The translations under genes were made by a program, and so were the position numbers. From IMG/VR virus record IMGVR_UViG_3300021510_000001, positions 1-55,317 of that record: DNA of 55,317 nt. One strand, written 5' to 3'. This DNA comes from a virus (Duplodnaviria > Caudoviricetes). The notes beneath the pieces are model-generated. The model was not told the origin of the DNA and did no database searches. It saw only the letters and a program-made list of their open reading frames with translations. This document shows positions 34,349 through 43,784 of the stretch, piece after piece. Each line of letters opens with the position of its first letter. The first letter of the stretch is position 1.

Positions 34349-35924
34349 CGCGGGAGCCGCCGGCTCGCGGGGGGCCCTGCTTATCCTCCTTGTCGCCCGG
34401 CGGTTCCCGTCGCAGCGTCTCGCCCTCGGCGCCGCCACCGGCCTGTCGGCGGCCGGCCGGCAGCAGTCGCAGCGTGGTGGACGCGGCCGCCGGCAACTCC
34501 TGCTGCTGATCTCCGCCATCGACGCCCGGCTCGAGCCCGGCGGCCGGGGTTCCGGTGCCGCCCCCGGCGAGTGGGGTGGTGGCCGCCTGGACGGCGAGAT
34601 CCTCGGCGCCGGCCGCCATCCGGCCGTTGGTGGGCAGCCACAGCACCTGGGTGGCCGGCACCCCGATCGGCTCCCGACCGGTGATCTCGCGGTATTCGTC
34701 GGTGCTGATGGCGCCGCGGTCCAGGTCGGCGGCGGCCCGGTCGTCGCGCTCCCGGTCGTGGCGGCCCAGCACCCACACGTCGGAGAGGTCGTGCCGAAGG
34801 AACAAATCGTCGTCGTAGCCACCGGTGAGAATGTCGAGCTGGTCGTCGACCATGCCCAACAGCGACTTCATCCGACCTTCCCAGAAGATCGCCCAGTCCG
34901 CATCGGTGTTGTCGAAGGTCTGGCCGGCCGAATCGGTGAGGATGCTGCGCGGCACCCCGAAGACCATGGCGATGTCCTCTTTGGTGGCGCTGCTCAGCTC
35001 GCCCCACATCATGTCCCGCGGTGAACCGGAGGTGTCGGCGTAGCTGACCGAGTCGGCTTGGATCACCGTGGTGCGCCCGGCCGACTCCGGCCCGCCGGTG
35101 AACTGGGACTGGATCAGCTCCAACTGGTCGCGGCTGCTCACCCCCTTGACGGCGAGCAGCCCGCCGGGCCGGCCGTCGTTCTGCACGAAGCGTCGGTTGT
35201 AGATGCGGGCGTAGTGGTCCAGGTCGATGGACAGACCGGCGGCCTGCACCGGGCTCATGCCCTCCCACATCACCAGCGGATGCGGCGCCCGGATCCACAG
35301 CATGGAATGGGCGATCGGTTTCTTCGGGTTGTAGCGGGGCAGGTAGTCCATGGACTGCACCGCCGAGTTGGGGGTGCGGATCTCGAAGCCGGCGATCGGG
35401 TCGGTCTCGCTGGGAACGTGGTTGACCAGGTCCGGATCCACGATCTGGAGCAGCCCCATCCGGCCGCCCCGGGTCAACGTGACCTCGATGTAGACGCCCT
35501 TGCTGGACAGCAGGAACTGGGCCATCAACCGATGTCGAAAGATCCTTCCCGTCTCCCATGTGTTGGCCCGCTTGTTCAGGCAGTACAGCAGCCGGGTGGG
35601 GTCCTTGCCGACGGCCAGCGGCTCGCCCTTCTTCGGGTCGCCCTTGCGCAGGATCATCGCGCGTTCGACCGCGTTTTCGCAGATGATCTCGATGGCCCGA
35701 TAGACCAGCGGGTTGCCCTCGTAGGCCTCATCGGTGGCGCGCTTGACGCTCCACACCGAGGAGTAGGGGATGCCCGGCACCAGGTAGGCGCTGGAGCTGG
35801 CGCGTACCCGCTCCGCAGCGCCCTTGGTTTCCAGCCCCAGTACGGCCCGCAGGGCCGGTAGCGCCGTACGCACGGCGGGCAGCGCGGATCGAAGCGCGGG
35901 CAGAAGCCGACGACGCGCCGCCAC
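34326..35924 (-). CDS. Portal protein (HK97 family)
   Basis: NPLVYRAI..GMSPVQAA..FVQNDGRPGGLL..IAMVFGVP..STDEYRE. Confidence 0.93.
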   Translation of the reverse strand: MAARRRLLPALRSALPAVRTALPALRAVLGLETKGAAERVRASSSAYLVPGIPYSSVWSVKRATDEAYEGNPLVYRAIEIICENAVERAMILRKGDPKKGEPLAVGKDPTRLLYCLNKRANTWETGRIFRHRLMAQFLLSSKGVYIEVTLTRGGRMGLLQIVDPDLVNHVPSETDPIAGFEIRTPNSAVQSMDYLPRYNPKKPIAHSMLWIRAPHPLVMWEGMSPVQAAGLSIDLDHYARIYNRRFVQNDGRPGGLLAVKGVSSRDQLELIQSQFTGGPESAGRTTVIQADSVSYADTSGSPRDMMWGELSSATKEDIAMVFGVPRSILTDSAGQTFDNTDADWAIFWEGRMKSLLGMVDDQLDILTGGYDDDLFLRHDLSDVWVLGRHDRERDDRAAADLDRGAISTDEYREITGREPIGVPATQVLWLPTNGRMAAGAEDLAVQAATTPLAGGGTGTPAAGLEPGVDGGDQQQELPAAASTTLRLLPAGRRQAGGGAEGETLRREPPGDKEDKQGPPRAGGSRDGASVWR

Positions 35925-36013
35925 CCGGCCACCTCCCTGGTGCGATCACTCTGCTCGGGAGGGTAGCCGGGTGGATCAGGCGGATCGGGTAGCCGCGCCC
36001 AGCGCGGGGCGGT

Positions 36014-36772
36014 TCAGGCCTGCTCGCGCTGGGTGGTGAGCAGGAAGCGGTGCGCGGGGAAGATGTCCACGGCGCACCGGATCGGTTGGTTGTCCACGGT
36101 CCAGGACGTGGTGAGCATGGTGATCACCGGCATCGCCGGGTTGATCTCTAAGGCCTGGGCCTCGAACTCGGTGGGCATTCGGGCGCCCACCTCGCTCTTG
36201 CTGCGGTGCGGGGGATATCCGTGGCCGGCCAGCCAGGCCACCGGCGTCGGGCCGTGCATGTCCACCGCGTCGCCCTCGCCGGTCACGGCCAGCGGCGAGC
36301 CGGCGCACACGGTCAGCGGGAAGAAGCCGTCGCAGAGCATCCACGGCTCGCCGTCGACGAAGCGCAGCCGGCGCCGCATCACGCAGTAGTCCTCAGCGCC
36401 CAGTCGGAGCCGGGTGGCGACGTCGCGCGGCGGTAAGGCGTTGCTCACCGCGATGGTGTTGGTGGGGACGCGGTCCAGCGAGCGCACCCAGACGTTCCAC
36501 ACGCTGTCGCGGGTGGCGATCGGGCCCCTGTCGATGCCGTCCAGCGGGAAGTTCAGCCGCCGGTCGGGGCAGACGTACCAGCCGCTGCCCTGCATCGACT
36601 CGATCAGACCTTCGCTGGCCAGCAGGGTCAGGGCCTTGCGCAGTGTGGGCCGGCTGACTGTGAACCGGTCGGCCAGGGTGGCCTCGGAGGGCAGCCGATC
36701 GCCCGGTTGCCACCGGCCTTCGCCGATCAGTGCGGTCAGGTCCGCCGCGATGTCGCGCCCCCGCGTTGCCAC
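36014..36772 (-). CDS. GntR/HutC-family repressor with UTRA domain (Kor-like)
   Basis: GDRLPSEATLADRFTVSRPTLRKAL..GSGWYV; divergent from transfer genes as korSA/traR-type regulators are. Confidence 0.9.
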   Translation of the reverse strand: MATRGRDIAADLTALIGEGRWQPGDRLPSEATLADRFTVSRPTLRKALTLLASEGLIESMQGSGWYVCPDRRLNFPLDGIDRGPIATRDSVWNVWVRSLDRVPTNTIAVSNALPPRDVATRLRLGAEDYCVMRRRLRFVDGEPWMLCDGFFPLTVCAGSPLAVTGEGDAVDMHGPTPVAWLAGHGYPPHRSKSEVGARMPTEFEAQALEINPAMPVITMLTTSWTVDNQPIRCAVDIFPAHRFLLTTQREQA

Positions 36773-36794
36773 GCTGGACCACCTCCCTCTCTCG

Positions 36795-36875
36795 TCTTCA
36801 GGGTTGCCAAATCTGTAAACACCAATCTAAAGTTGTCATCACAGATCTTAGGGCTGTATACACAAGTTGAGCAAG
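36795..36875. promoter_or_regulatory. AT-rich divergent promoter region with palindrome TGTATACA (36855-36862)
   Basis: AT-rich intergenic stretch; GTATAC core resembles HutC-subfamily operators. Confidence 0.45.
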
Positions 36876-36902
36876 ATGCGAGGGCCCCGGGAGGGCGATC
36901 GG

Positions 36903-37646
36903 ATGTCTGAGCGGACTCACGACCGGGTCATGCTGACCGGCGTCGGAGCGTGCGGCCTGGCGGTGGCCGCCTACTCCTCATGGGCGCAGTTCAGCATCGC
37001 CACCGCCGCCGGCTACCCGGTCGCACTCGCCTGGGTGGTCCCGGTGGCCACCGACGCCACCGCCGCGCTGGGTACCCGAGCCTGGATGTCGCCGAACTAC
37101 GGCGACAAGGTGCGCGGCTACGGCCAGCGGCTGGCCTGCATGGCGATCGGACTGTCTGTGCTCACCGCTGCACTGCATTTGGTTGTGCCCACGACCGGCC
37201 CCGTTCCTTGGCAACTCCGACTGGCCATCGGCGGCCTGCCGTCGCTGGCCCTGGCCGCCGTGATCCACCTCGGCGCCCTGACAGCGAAGGACAAGCCCCG
37301 GGCCAGGCCTTCGGCGAAGAGCAGGGACAAATCTGCGCGCGAGACCGCCTCATCCCAGGCGGTCACCGCCGCTGCCAACGCTCAGACACCAACCGCGCGA
37401 ACGGTTAGTCAGGTCGCCACCACCGAGCATGGCATGAATTTGTCCACTTTCACCCCGCCGCCCGCGCAGTCGGGGGATGCCGGTAATACCCGCGCTCGAA
37501 TGATGGCCCACCTGGACCAGCACCCCGCGGCAACCGGCGCAGACCTGGACGCGAAATTCGGCACCACCAGCTACGGCCGCAAGGTGCGCCGGGACTGGGA
37601 GAAGAACCGCGGCCTGCACCTGGTCAACCAGGCCAGTGGGGAGTGA
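36903..37646 (+). CDS. DUF2637/SpdA-like membrane protein (plasmid spread)
   Basis: 4 TM segments, LAWVVPVATD, GGLPSLALAAVIHL; C-terminal HTH-like TGADLDAKFGTTSYGRKVRR. Confidence 0.7.
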   Translation: MSERTHDRVMLTGVGACGLAVAAYSSWAQFSIATAAGYPVALAWVVPVATDATAALGTRAWMSPNYGDKVRGYGQRLACMAIGLSVLTAALHLVVPTTGPVPWQLRLAIGGLPSLALAAVIHLGALTAKDKPRARPSAKSRDKSARETASSQAVTAAANAQTPTARTVSQVATTEHGMNLSTFTPPPAQSGDAGNTRARMMAHLDQHPAATGADLDAKFGTTSYGRKVRRDWEKNRGLHLVNQASGE

Positions 37647-37746
37647 GCCCCATGAATCGATGATCGGTCAGTACATCTCCACCGTCCAAGTTGTCCGGCA
37701 AACACCACCACAACCGTGCCCGCGGTTGGGAAAGGGACTGAACACC

Positions 37747-37953
37747 ATGGCCTACGTCCAGCGCTTCATCGCCTGGTGCTTTGGCATGATCATCTTGATT
37801 GCTGCCATCACTCTCGGCTACTTCATCTTGACCCACCCCGCCAGCACGGCGCACTTCATCACCGTGGTGATTGGTGCGTTGGTGATGGCCGGCACGGGCG
37901 CCGCAGCCATCGCAATCGACGTCGCGACCTACATCAGCGGCCTGTTCTCCTGA
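37747..37953 (+). CDS. Small membrane protein (Spd-like)
   Basis: 68 aa, two hydrophobic helices; start MAYVQR. Confidence 0.6.
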   Translation: MAYVQRFIAWCFGMIILIAAITLGYFILTHPASTAHFITVVIGALVMAGTGAAAIAIDVATYISGLFS

Positions 37954-37975
37954 CATAGCAGCAAAGGGGCCAATA

Positions 37976-39604
37976 ATGACGCACTCCACCAGCACGACCA
38001 GCGGGACGCCGAACATGGCCAGCCTGCTCGCCCGGGTGCCGGCTGAGTCCGCCCCGGACCCCCAAGCCGATACGAAGGAAACGTCGAAGACGGCAACCGA
38101 TTCCAGCGGCAATTCCTCGACCGGCTCGACGTCCGCGGAAAGCGTCTCACCTGCGGGCGGCATCACGAAGGGGGTGCCCGCAAAGCGACTGCTGATCTGG
38201 GCCGTGCCGCTCGTCCTCCTAGCGGTAGGAGCCGCAATCATGCACCAGTCCCCCGTAGCCGGATCGATCTTCCTACTGCTCGCATTCATCGTGCTGATCG
38301 TCGCGTTGATCGCGAAGTGGCTTGGCAAGCGCCGCGCCGCTCGCGCCGCTACCAATCGTGGCCCCGGCGCGAACGGTCCCAGCCGTAGACCGGGCGCCGG
38401 CCGAAGCCCTGGTGGTAGCCGTGGGCTTGGCGGCGGTGGCCGGGGCGGCCTGCTCAGCAAGATCAACCCATTCCGCAAGCGCAGCGCCGCTGGCGGCCCC
38501 GGTTCCACTGGCAGCGGTCAGCCAGCAGGGGGGAAGCCGCCGGCCAGTGGCCGGGGCGCACCCGGCCGCAAGGGCGGGATGCTCAGCAGGCTGAACCCGC
38601 TCGGCAAACGCGGCGCCGCCGCTGCGGGAACACCCGGATCAAAGCCGGGCGCGAAGACCCCGGCGAGCGGAAAACCGTCCGGCCCATCTACCTCACCCGT
38701 TGGCGCACCGGCGAGACCGAAGGGGTTACGCGGCAAGCTGCGGAACTTGCTGCCCGGCGGATCACCGGGCGCGCCAGGTGGCGGAAAGTCCCCGGCCGGT
38801 GGCCGCGCCCCGTCCGGCGGGAGAACGCTCGGCGCCCCGGGCGATCCCGGCGGGCCGAATGCGGTGGGCGGCGGCACTCCCGGGCTAGGCATCGGCGACC
38901 AGCCTGGTCGGTTCCGCGATCGGTTTCGGCTCCGCAGCCGGGCAAAGGCGGCCATCGACAACCCGAACAACTGGCGCAACAGCGGCGCCCGGTGGGAGCA
39001 GCGGTTCCAACCGTTTCGCCGCGGTTCGGATGTTCCCCGCAACCTTGCGCCCGGGGACTCGACGCAAACCCCGCCGCGCAACCCTGCCGATTCGACCAGC
39101 CACGGCGAGCAGTGGCGCACCAGGGAGGGAAACGAGTATCGAGGCGGCGGTCAGCGCGAGTCGTTCGCCGCCTCGGACAGCGACGGCGGCAGCGATCGCC
39201 AGCCATCGCGACCAGTAGTCACGGCTTACGCCGAGCGCATTGACCAGTCCGCCAACAGCAGTCCTACCGGACCCATATCAATCGGCCTGGGGCCAGCAAC
39301 CAACACCAGTAACACCGATTCACACGGAGGAGACACCATGGCACACACGGACGGCCAAACCGGCGCCCGCTCAGCAACCATCCTCGAGGCGGGTGCCAGC
39401 ACGGCCCGCGCGGGCGCGGCGCGTAAGGAAAACGTCGCCGCCACGCACCGTCGGCAGGCCGCGGCCGCGTCCGGCATCCCGGAGATGGCGGGCGACGCCG
39501 CCGTCCTGCGGGCGCAGGCCGCCCGCGCGTCGGTGGACGCCGGTGCCCGCCGGGGCATCGGCGCCGCGTTCTCGCAGGCCGCCGCGACCCATCGCGGCAA
39601 CTGA
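37976..39604 (+). CDS. Membrane protein with long Gly/Pro/Arg-rich disordered region (transfer/spread accessory)
   Basis: Two TM helices; repeated LSKINPF/LSRLNPL/LRNLLP motifs. Confidence 0.6.
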   Translation: MTHSTSTTSGTPNMASLLARVPAESAPDPQADTKETSKTATDSSGNSSTGSTSAESVSPAGGITKGVPAKRLLIWAVPLVLLAVGAAIMHQSPVAGSIFLLLAFIVLIVALIAKWLGKRRAARAATNRGPGANGPSRRPGAGRSPGGSRGLGGGGRGGLLSKINPFRKRSAAGGPGSTGSGQPAGGKPPASGRGAPGRKGGMLSRLNPLGKRGAAAAGTPGSKPGAKTPASGKPSGPSTSPVGAPARPKGLRGKLRNLLPGGSPGAPGGGKSPAGGRAPSGGRTLGAPGDPGGPNAVGGGTPGLGIGDQPGRFRDRFRLRSRAKAAIDNPNNWRNSGARWEQRFQPFRRGSDVPRNLAPGDSTQTPPRNPADSTSHGEQWRTREGNEYRGGGQRESFAASDSDGGSDRQPSRPVVTAYAERIDQSANSSPTGPISIGLGPATNTSNTDSHGGDTMAHTDGQTGARSATILEAGASTARAGAARKENVAATHRRQAAAASGIPEMAGDAAVLRAQAARASVDAGARRGIGAAFSQAAATHRGN

Positions 39605-39688
39605 TCCAAACGGCGGCCTGCGCAGTCATCCGCGCCTGGGCGGGCCGCCGTCCACCAGTCCACACCGACCGGACCCGAGGGAGGCACT

Positions 39689-42133
39689 GTGCGCACGCTC
39701 CTGTGGAAGACCTACCTCACCGCTGGCGCGGCTGTCACCACCGGCAGCGCCACCGTGCTCGCCGCCACGACCGGCACCCCTGTGGAGCTGGTCGTGGCGG
39801 GCGCTGCCGCTGCCTGCGTGGGGTGCGCGAAGCTCGGCCGCGGCGCCCTCAGGCACTCCCCCGCTCTGGACTACCTCGACCTCCGCACGCGCGAGCAGGC
39901 TGTGCGGTTGTTCCCGCTCGCCCCGGCCGCGCACGCCGCGTGGGTCGCCGGGGCGATGCTGATCGACGCGCCCGTGCAGTGGGCTGCCGCGCTCGTCGCG
40001 CTCGGCGCCGCCGAGTACGGCGTCGCCCGTGGCCTCGAATACAAGGCGAAGATCATCCCTAAGCCCCGCGACGCCGCGGTCCCTACCACTTACCCGCAGG
40101 GGCAGCCCACCGCCACCAGCGGCGGCGAGCTGGTGCCCACCGATCCGCAGCAACCGATCATGGTCATGCAAAGAGTACTGAGCCTCGCCGGGCTCGGACA
40201 TGTCCGCGTCACCGGCTGGGAATGGATCGGCCCGACGGGCGAGATTCTGGGGATCACGTTCTCGGTCAAGCTGCCCCCGAACGCGGGCAAGCGATCCGCG
40301 GGCGAGTCCCCGAGGTTGTCCATGCTCAACGCCGAGGCTGTCGCGATCGCATTCGGGGAGATCACTGACACCGAGATCGGCAGCTCGTGGGTGCAGGTCA
40401 CGAAACTGCCCACAGCCGGCGCGTACACGATCACCGTCACCAGCTCGGACACCATGCAGCGGCTCTACCCCTACCAGATCGACACGCGCCCCGTGTCGAT
40501 CGAGGACCCCGCGTTGGTGGGGTACGGCATCGACGGCCTGCCCCACTACGAGCGGGTCAACCAACACTGGCTGCATACCGGCGGCACGAGGTTCGGCAAG
40601 ACCGGCCTGGTGCAGGTGCTGCGCGCACACACCCTGCGCGCCGCCGGTGACGCCGTTCTGTGGGTCGGCGGCACCGAGAAGCTCTACGACTCGGTCGGCC
40701 CGTGGATAGACCCGTTCATCGGGACCGGGAGGCGGCCGCCCATCGACTGGGTGGCGAAGGGCCCGCAGGACACCCTGAGCATGATCACCGCCGCGTTCAT
40801 TCTCGGCCGGTGGCGCCAGTCCGTGCCCCACCACCGGCGCGGCGGGTTCAAGGACGTGGTGGTGGAGATCGACGAAGCGAGCTTCTTCCTGACAATGGAA
40901 CGCCTTGTGATCGAGCATGAAGGCGAGACCCTGACCCCGTCGCGGATGACCGAGAACATCATCAAAGGCGTCGGCTCGGCAGGTGTGTGGATTCACCTGG
41001 TCAGCCAACGCGGCACCAACGACCAGTTCGGCGAGGCCGGCGGCTCCATCACCGCGAACCTGCAAGTGCGAACCGCGTTTCGCACCAGCGACGACGACGA
41101 GATCGGCCGCGCGTTCGGCGACTGGAAACTGCCGATGCCCGCGAACAAAGGCGAGTACTACATCCAGGGCGCCGACGGCGACGTCCGCCGGCTGCGCGCC
41201 CCTTACATCCAAGAGACCGACCCAAAGAGGCCGCGCCTGCACGACGGCGCGAACCTCAACGACGTGGCGGTGTCCCTGGCCGACTTGTGGCAGGGCCTGG
41301 ACCGCGAGTCGGCGTGGGCACTCGGCGAGGTGTATGCCAACCGACCGCAGACCGCCGAAGACCTGTTCCGCTACCTCACCGGGATGGACCCGGACCTGGA
41401 GTTCGGGCCATCGGTGACGGGCTCGGCGGTGCGCGGCGACAGCATCGAGACGCCCTACCGCCCGGCCCCCGTCGACAACACCGGACCTGACTCCGCTCCG
41501 GCGGCCAGTCCAATTCCCGAGCCACGCCCCACGCTGGTTCCCAGGCCTCTGGATGGTGCTTCGGCCGGGCCGGTTCCCAGCGCTGAGTTGCCACGCTCTT
41601 CCGAACAGGTTGCCCACGAGCGCGCCGCGGCACTGATCGATCGGCTGCTCGACTCCGGTGACACCGACACGCTGACCCGGCTCGCCGCATGCGAATCGCT
41701 GGATGATCTCGACCGGCTCGAGGTCGAGCTGGCCGGCGTGACCGCCCCGCCGCCTTTGGCTGCACCTGTCGCGCAGGTGGGCATGCTGGCCGCCGAGCCG
41801 GCCCTGTCCGCGAACTCGGCCGCGGCGAGTATGGCCAGCCGGGTGGCGCCGGTGATGCCGACAGTGACCCTGGTGGAGGACCGCCCATCCCGAACCGACC
41901 GGATCGCGCAGATCGTCGATGACGCGGGCCCGGCGGGGCTAGTACGGGCCGAAATCATCGCCGCCTTGATCGATGATGGCGACGAGGCGACCGCGCCGTC
42001 GTTTGAGCAGCAGGTCACGAACGCGTTGCGACAGCTCGTGCAACGGCAAGCCGTCGCCCGGGCGGGCCGCGGCTACGTGTCGGCGCACCACCACCAGGCC
42101 GATCAGGGCGTTCCAGAGAGGAACCACCAGTGA
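39689..42133 (+). CDS. FtsK/SpoIIIE-like conjugative DNA translocase (TraB-like)
   Basis: N-terminal TM region, Walker A HTGGTRFGKT, Walker B VVVEIDEA, GVWIHLVSQRGT, C-terminal winged helix. Confidence 0.8.
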   Translation: MRTLLWKTYLTAGAAVTTGSATVLAATTGTPVELVVAGAAAACVGCAKLGRGALRHSPALDYLDLRTREQAVRLFPLAPAAHAAWVAGAMLIDAPVQWAAALVALGAAEYGVARGLEYKAKIIPKPRDAAVPTTYPQGQPTATSGGELVPTDPQQPIMVMQRVLSLAGLGHVRVTGWEWIGPTGEILGITFSVKLPPNAGKRSAGESPRLSMLNAEAVAIAFGEITDTEIGSSWVQVTKLPTAGAYTITVTSSDTMQRLYPYQIDTRPVSIEDPALVGYGIDGLPHYERVNQHWLHTGGTRFGKTGLVQVLRAHTLRAAGDAVLWVGGTEKLYDSVGPWIDPFIGTGRRPPIDWVAKGPQDTLSMITAAFILGRWRQSVPHHRRGGFKDVVVEIDEASFFLTMERLVIEHEGETLTPSRMTENIIKGVGSAGVWIHLVSQRGTNDQFGEAGGSITANLQVRTAFRTSDDDEIGRAFGDWKLPMPANKGEYYIQGADGDVRRLRAPYIQETDPKRPRLHDGANLNDVAVSLADLWQGLDRESAWALGEVYANRPQTAEDLFRYLTGMDPDLEFGPSVTGSAVRGDSIETPYRPAPVDNTGPDSAPAASPIPEPRPTLVPRPLDGASAGPVPSAELPRSSEQVAHERAAALIDRLLDSGDTDTLTRLAACESLDDLDRLEVELAGVTAPPPLAAPVAQVGMLAAEPALSANSAAASMASRVAPVMPTVTLVEDRPSRTDRIAQIVDDAGPAGLVRAEIIAALIDDGDEATAPSFEQQVTNALRQLVQRQAVARAGRGYVSAHHHQADQGVPERNHQ

Positions 42134-42834
42134 CCAACCCCGCGCACGGCGACCCGTTCGGCCTCGGCGACGAGTACGTCTACAGCCAGCAACCTGATCC
42201 CAGCGGCGACAGGTGGCAGCAGTTGCACGCCGAGCTGCGCCGAGACATCGCCTTCCGTAGGCACATGCGCGACGCCCAGGTCGAGGGCGACGATCTGCAC
42301 GCCGAGTACCAGGGCGAGATCACCTTCATGACCCGGCAGTTGCTCGCCGTTGAGGCGAACTTCGACCGGCTTCGAGCTGCCGAGGTCGCGGTCTCCCGCG
42401 CGCGGAGCTACCACAACGCCTGCCGCGCCAATGAGCAAACGTTCGACCAGCGGTGCGGCGCGTGGCGCAACATCTTCGGCGGTGTCGGTGCGGTCGCGCT
42501 GATCCTGTGGATCACGCTCGACGACGCGCCGGGGTTCCTTATCGTGGCGGCCGTGCTCGGTCCACTCGCGGCCGCTGGACTGCATGCGCTCAGCGTCTTG
42601 GGCGGTGGTGGCGGAACCGCGAAAACTGATCAAGCCGATGGCGAGCGGCAGGCTCGGCTGGCCGAGCTGAAGCATCTCGAAGAGCAGGTTCTCCAGGGGG
42701 TGCGAAACCCGCAGCCGCTCGGCTCTGCACCGAAGACAGCGGAGCAATCATCCGCGGTCGCGCTGTTCCCTCCGCAGTACTCCGACTCCCGGTCGGCCGG
42801 TCCCGATCACGATCAATCGACGGCGACGCAGTGA
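42130..42834 (+). CDS. Coiled-coil membrane protein
   Basis: GTGA coupling to traB-like gene; two TM helices. Confidence 0.65.
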   Translation: MTNPAHGDPFGLGDEYVYSQQPDPSGDRWQQLHAELRRDIAFRRHMRDAQVEGDDLHAEYQGEITFMTRQLLAVEANFDRLRAAEVAVSRARSYHNACRANEQTFDQRCGAWRNIFGGVGAVALILWITLDDAPGFLIVAAVLGPLAAAGLHALSVLGGGGGTAKTDQADGERQARLAELKHLEEQVLQGVRNPQPLGSAPKTAEQSSAVALFPPQYSDSRSAGPDHDQSTATQ

Positions 42835-42838
42835 CGGT

Positions 42839-42969
42839 GTCTCGGTGTCTCGGTCTCGTCGCGAGCGTCTCGGTCCCGCCGAGAGCGTCTCGGCCGCCTC
42901 ACGGCTGGTGTCTCGCAACTGATCCCCGGCGGCGACCGGCATCTCAGCCGTCTCGCTACCGACGTCTCG
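42839..42969. repeat. GTCTCG direct-repeat cluster (clt-like)
   Basis: 8 exact GTCTCG copies in ~130 bp right after the transfer operon. Confidence 0.7.
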
Positions 42970-43135
42970 GCCGCCTCGCAAGCTGACCCGCGGCGGCTCG
43001 ACGACGCGCCGGGCCGAGTTGCTTCTCCCGGGTCCGGCATCGCCACCGACCATGGTGTCACCGCCGCGCCCGTGTCCCAGAGCGCGCCCCGCGGCTGACG
43101 AGGTGATCGCAGACTCTTGTCACTGACAGTGAGCT

Positions 43136-43244
43136 AACAAACAAACAAACAAACCCAGAGGTGGGAAGGGTCGCCTGTGACGTCGGGCCAGGTTCTCGAC
43201 GTGGTGGCAGGCGGAAGGCCAGGGTGTTTGTTTGTTTGTTTGTT
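43136..43244. repeat. 19-bp (AAAC)n inverted repeat pair
   Basis: AACAAACAAACAAACAAAC 43136-43154 and GTTTGTTTGTTTGTTTGTT 43226-43244. Confidence 0.9.
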
Positions 43245-43344
43245 GACGAAGAGTAACGACCGCGACTGCTCGGCATGCTGATGAGCGGTGCGCGCAAACG
43301 CCCCGCGCGCGGTACGTCGCATGCGGGGCGTTTGCGCAGGTAGG

Positions 43345-43725
43345 TTAGCCGCGCATGGCGTAGGTCATCGCCGCCGGGTTGATCTCGATGCCGGTGCCGT
43401 CCATGGCCACCGGGTGCACACCGCGCCCGGCGAGCAGGCCGGCCTCATCCGGGTCGGCGGCGTAGTCCCAGCCTTCGGCGGCCCGCACCTCGCAGTAGAT
43501 GTGGTCGTGACCGTTTTCACACTCGTAGCCGCGGCCGTTCGGCAGGTTCCAGGACAGGCCACCGCACTCGCGGGTACCGGTCTCGCCGTCTTCCTCGAAG
43601 TAGACCGGGACGAGCCACGAGCAGGCCCAGGTCTCGATGGTCGAGAAGCAGACGCGCACCGTCGCGGTGTCTCGGTGGTAGGTGATGTTCTCGTGGTCGC
43701 GGTTGCCGCAGCGGATGTCAGCCAT
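43345..43725 (-). CDS. Cys/His-rich hypothetical protein
   Basis: Downstream of a repeated promoter; good codon usage. Confidence 0.7.
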   Translation of the reverse strand: MADIRCGNRDHENITYHRDTATVRVCFSTIETWACSWLVPVYFEEDGETGTRECGGLSWNLPNGRGYECENGHDHIYCEVRAAEGWDYAADPDEAGLLAGRGVHPVAMDGTGIEINPAAMTYAMRG

Positions 43726-43730
43726 GGGGT

Positions 43731-43781
43731 GTCTCGCTGTCTCGTCTCGCGAGACTCTCGGTGTCTCGTCTCGCTGTCTCG
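43731..43781. repeat. Second GTCTCG cluster
   Basis: 6 direct copies plus 1 inverted copy (CGAGAC) in 51 bp. Confidence 0.75.
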
Positions 43782-43784
43782 TTC

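Noticed and set aside
34349-34822. ORF-track N-terminal extension of MuF (919 aa)
   Set aside because: It overlaps the portal coding sequence in another frame and has low-complexity composition; ATG 34348 is more plausible.
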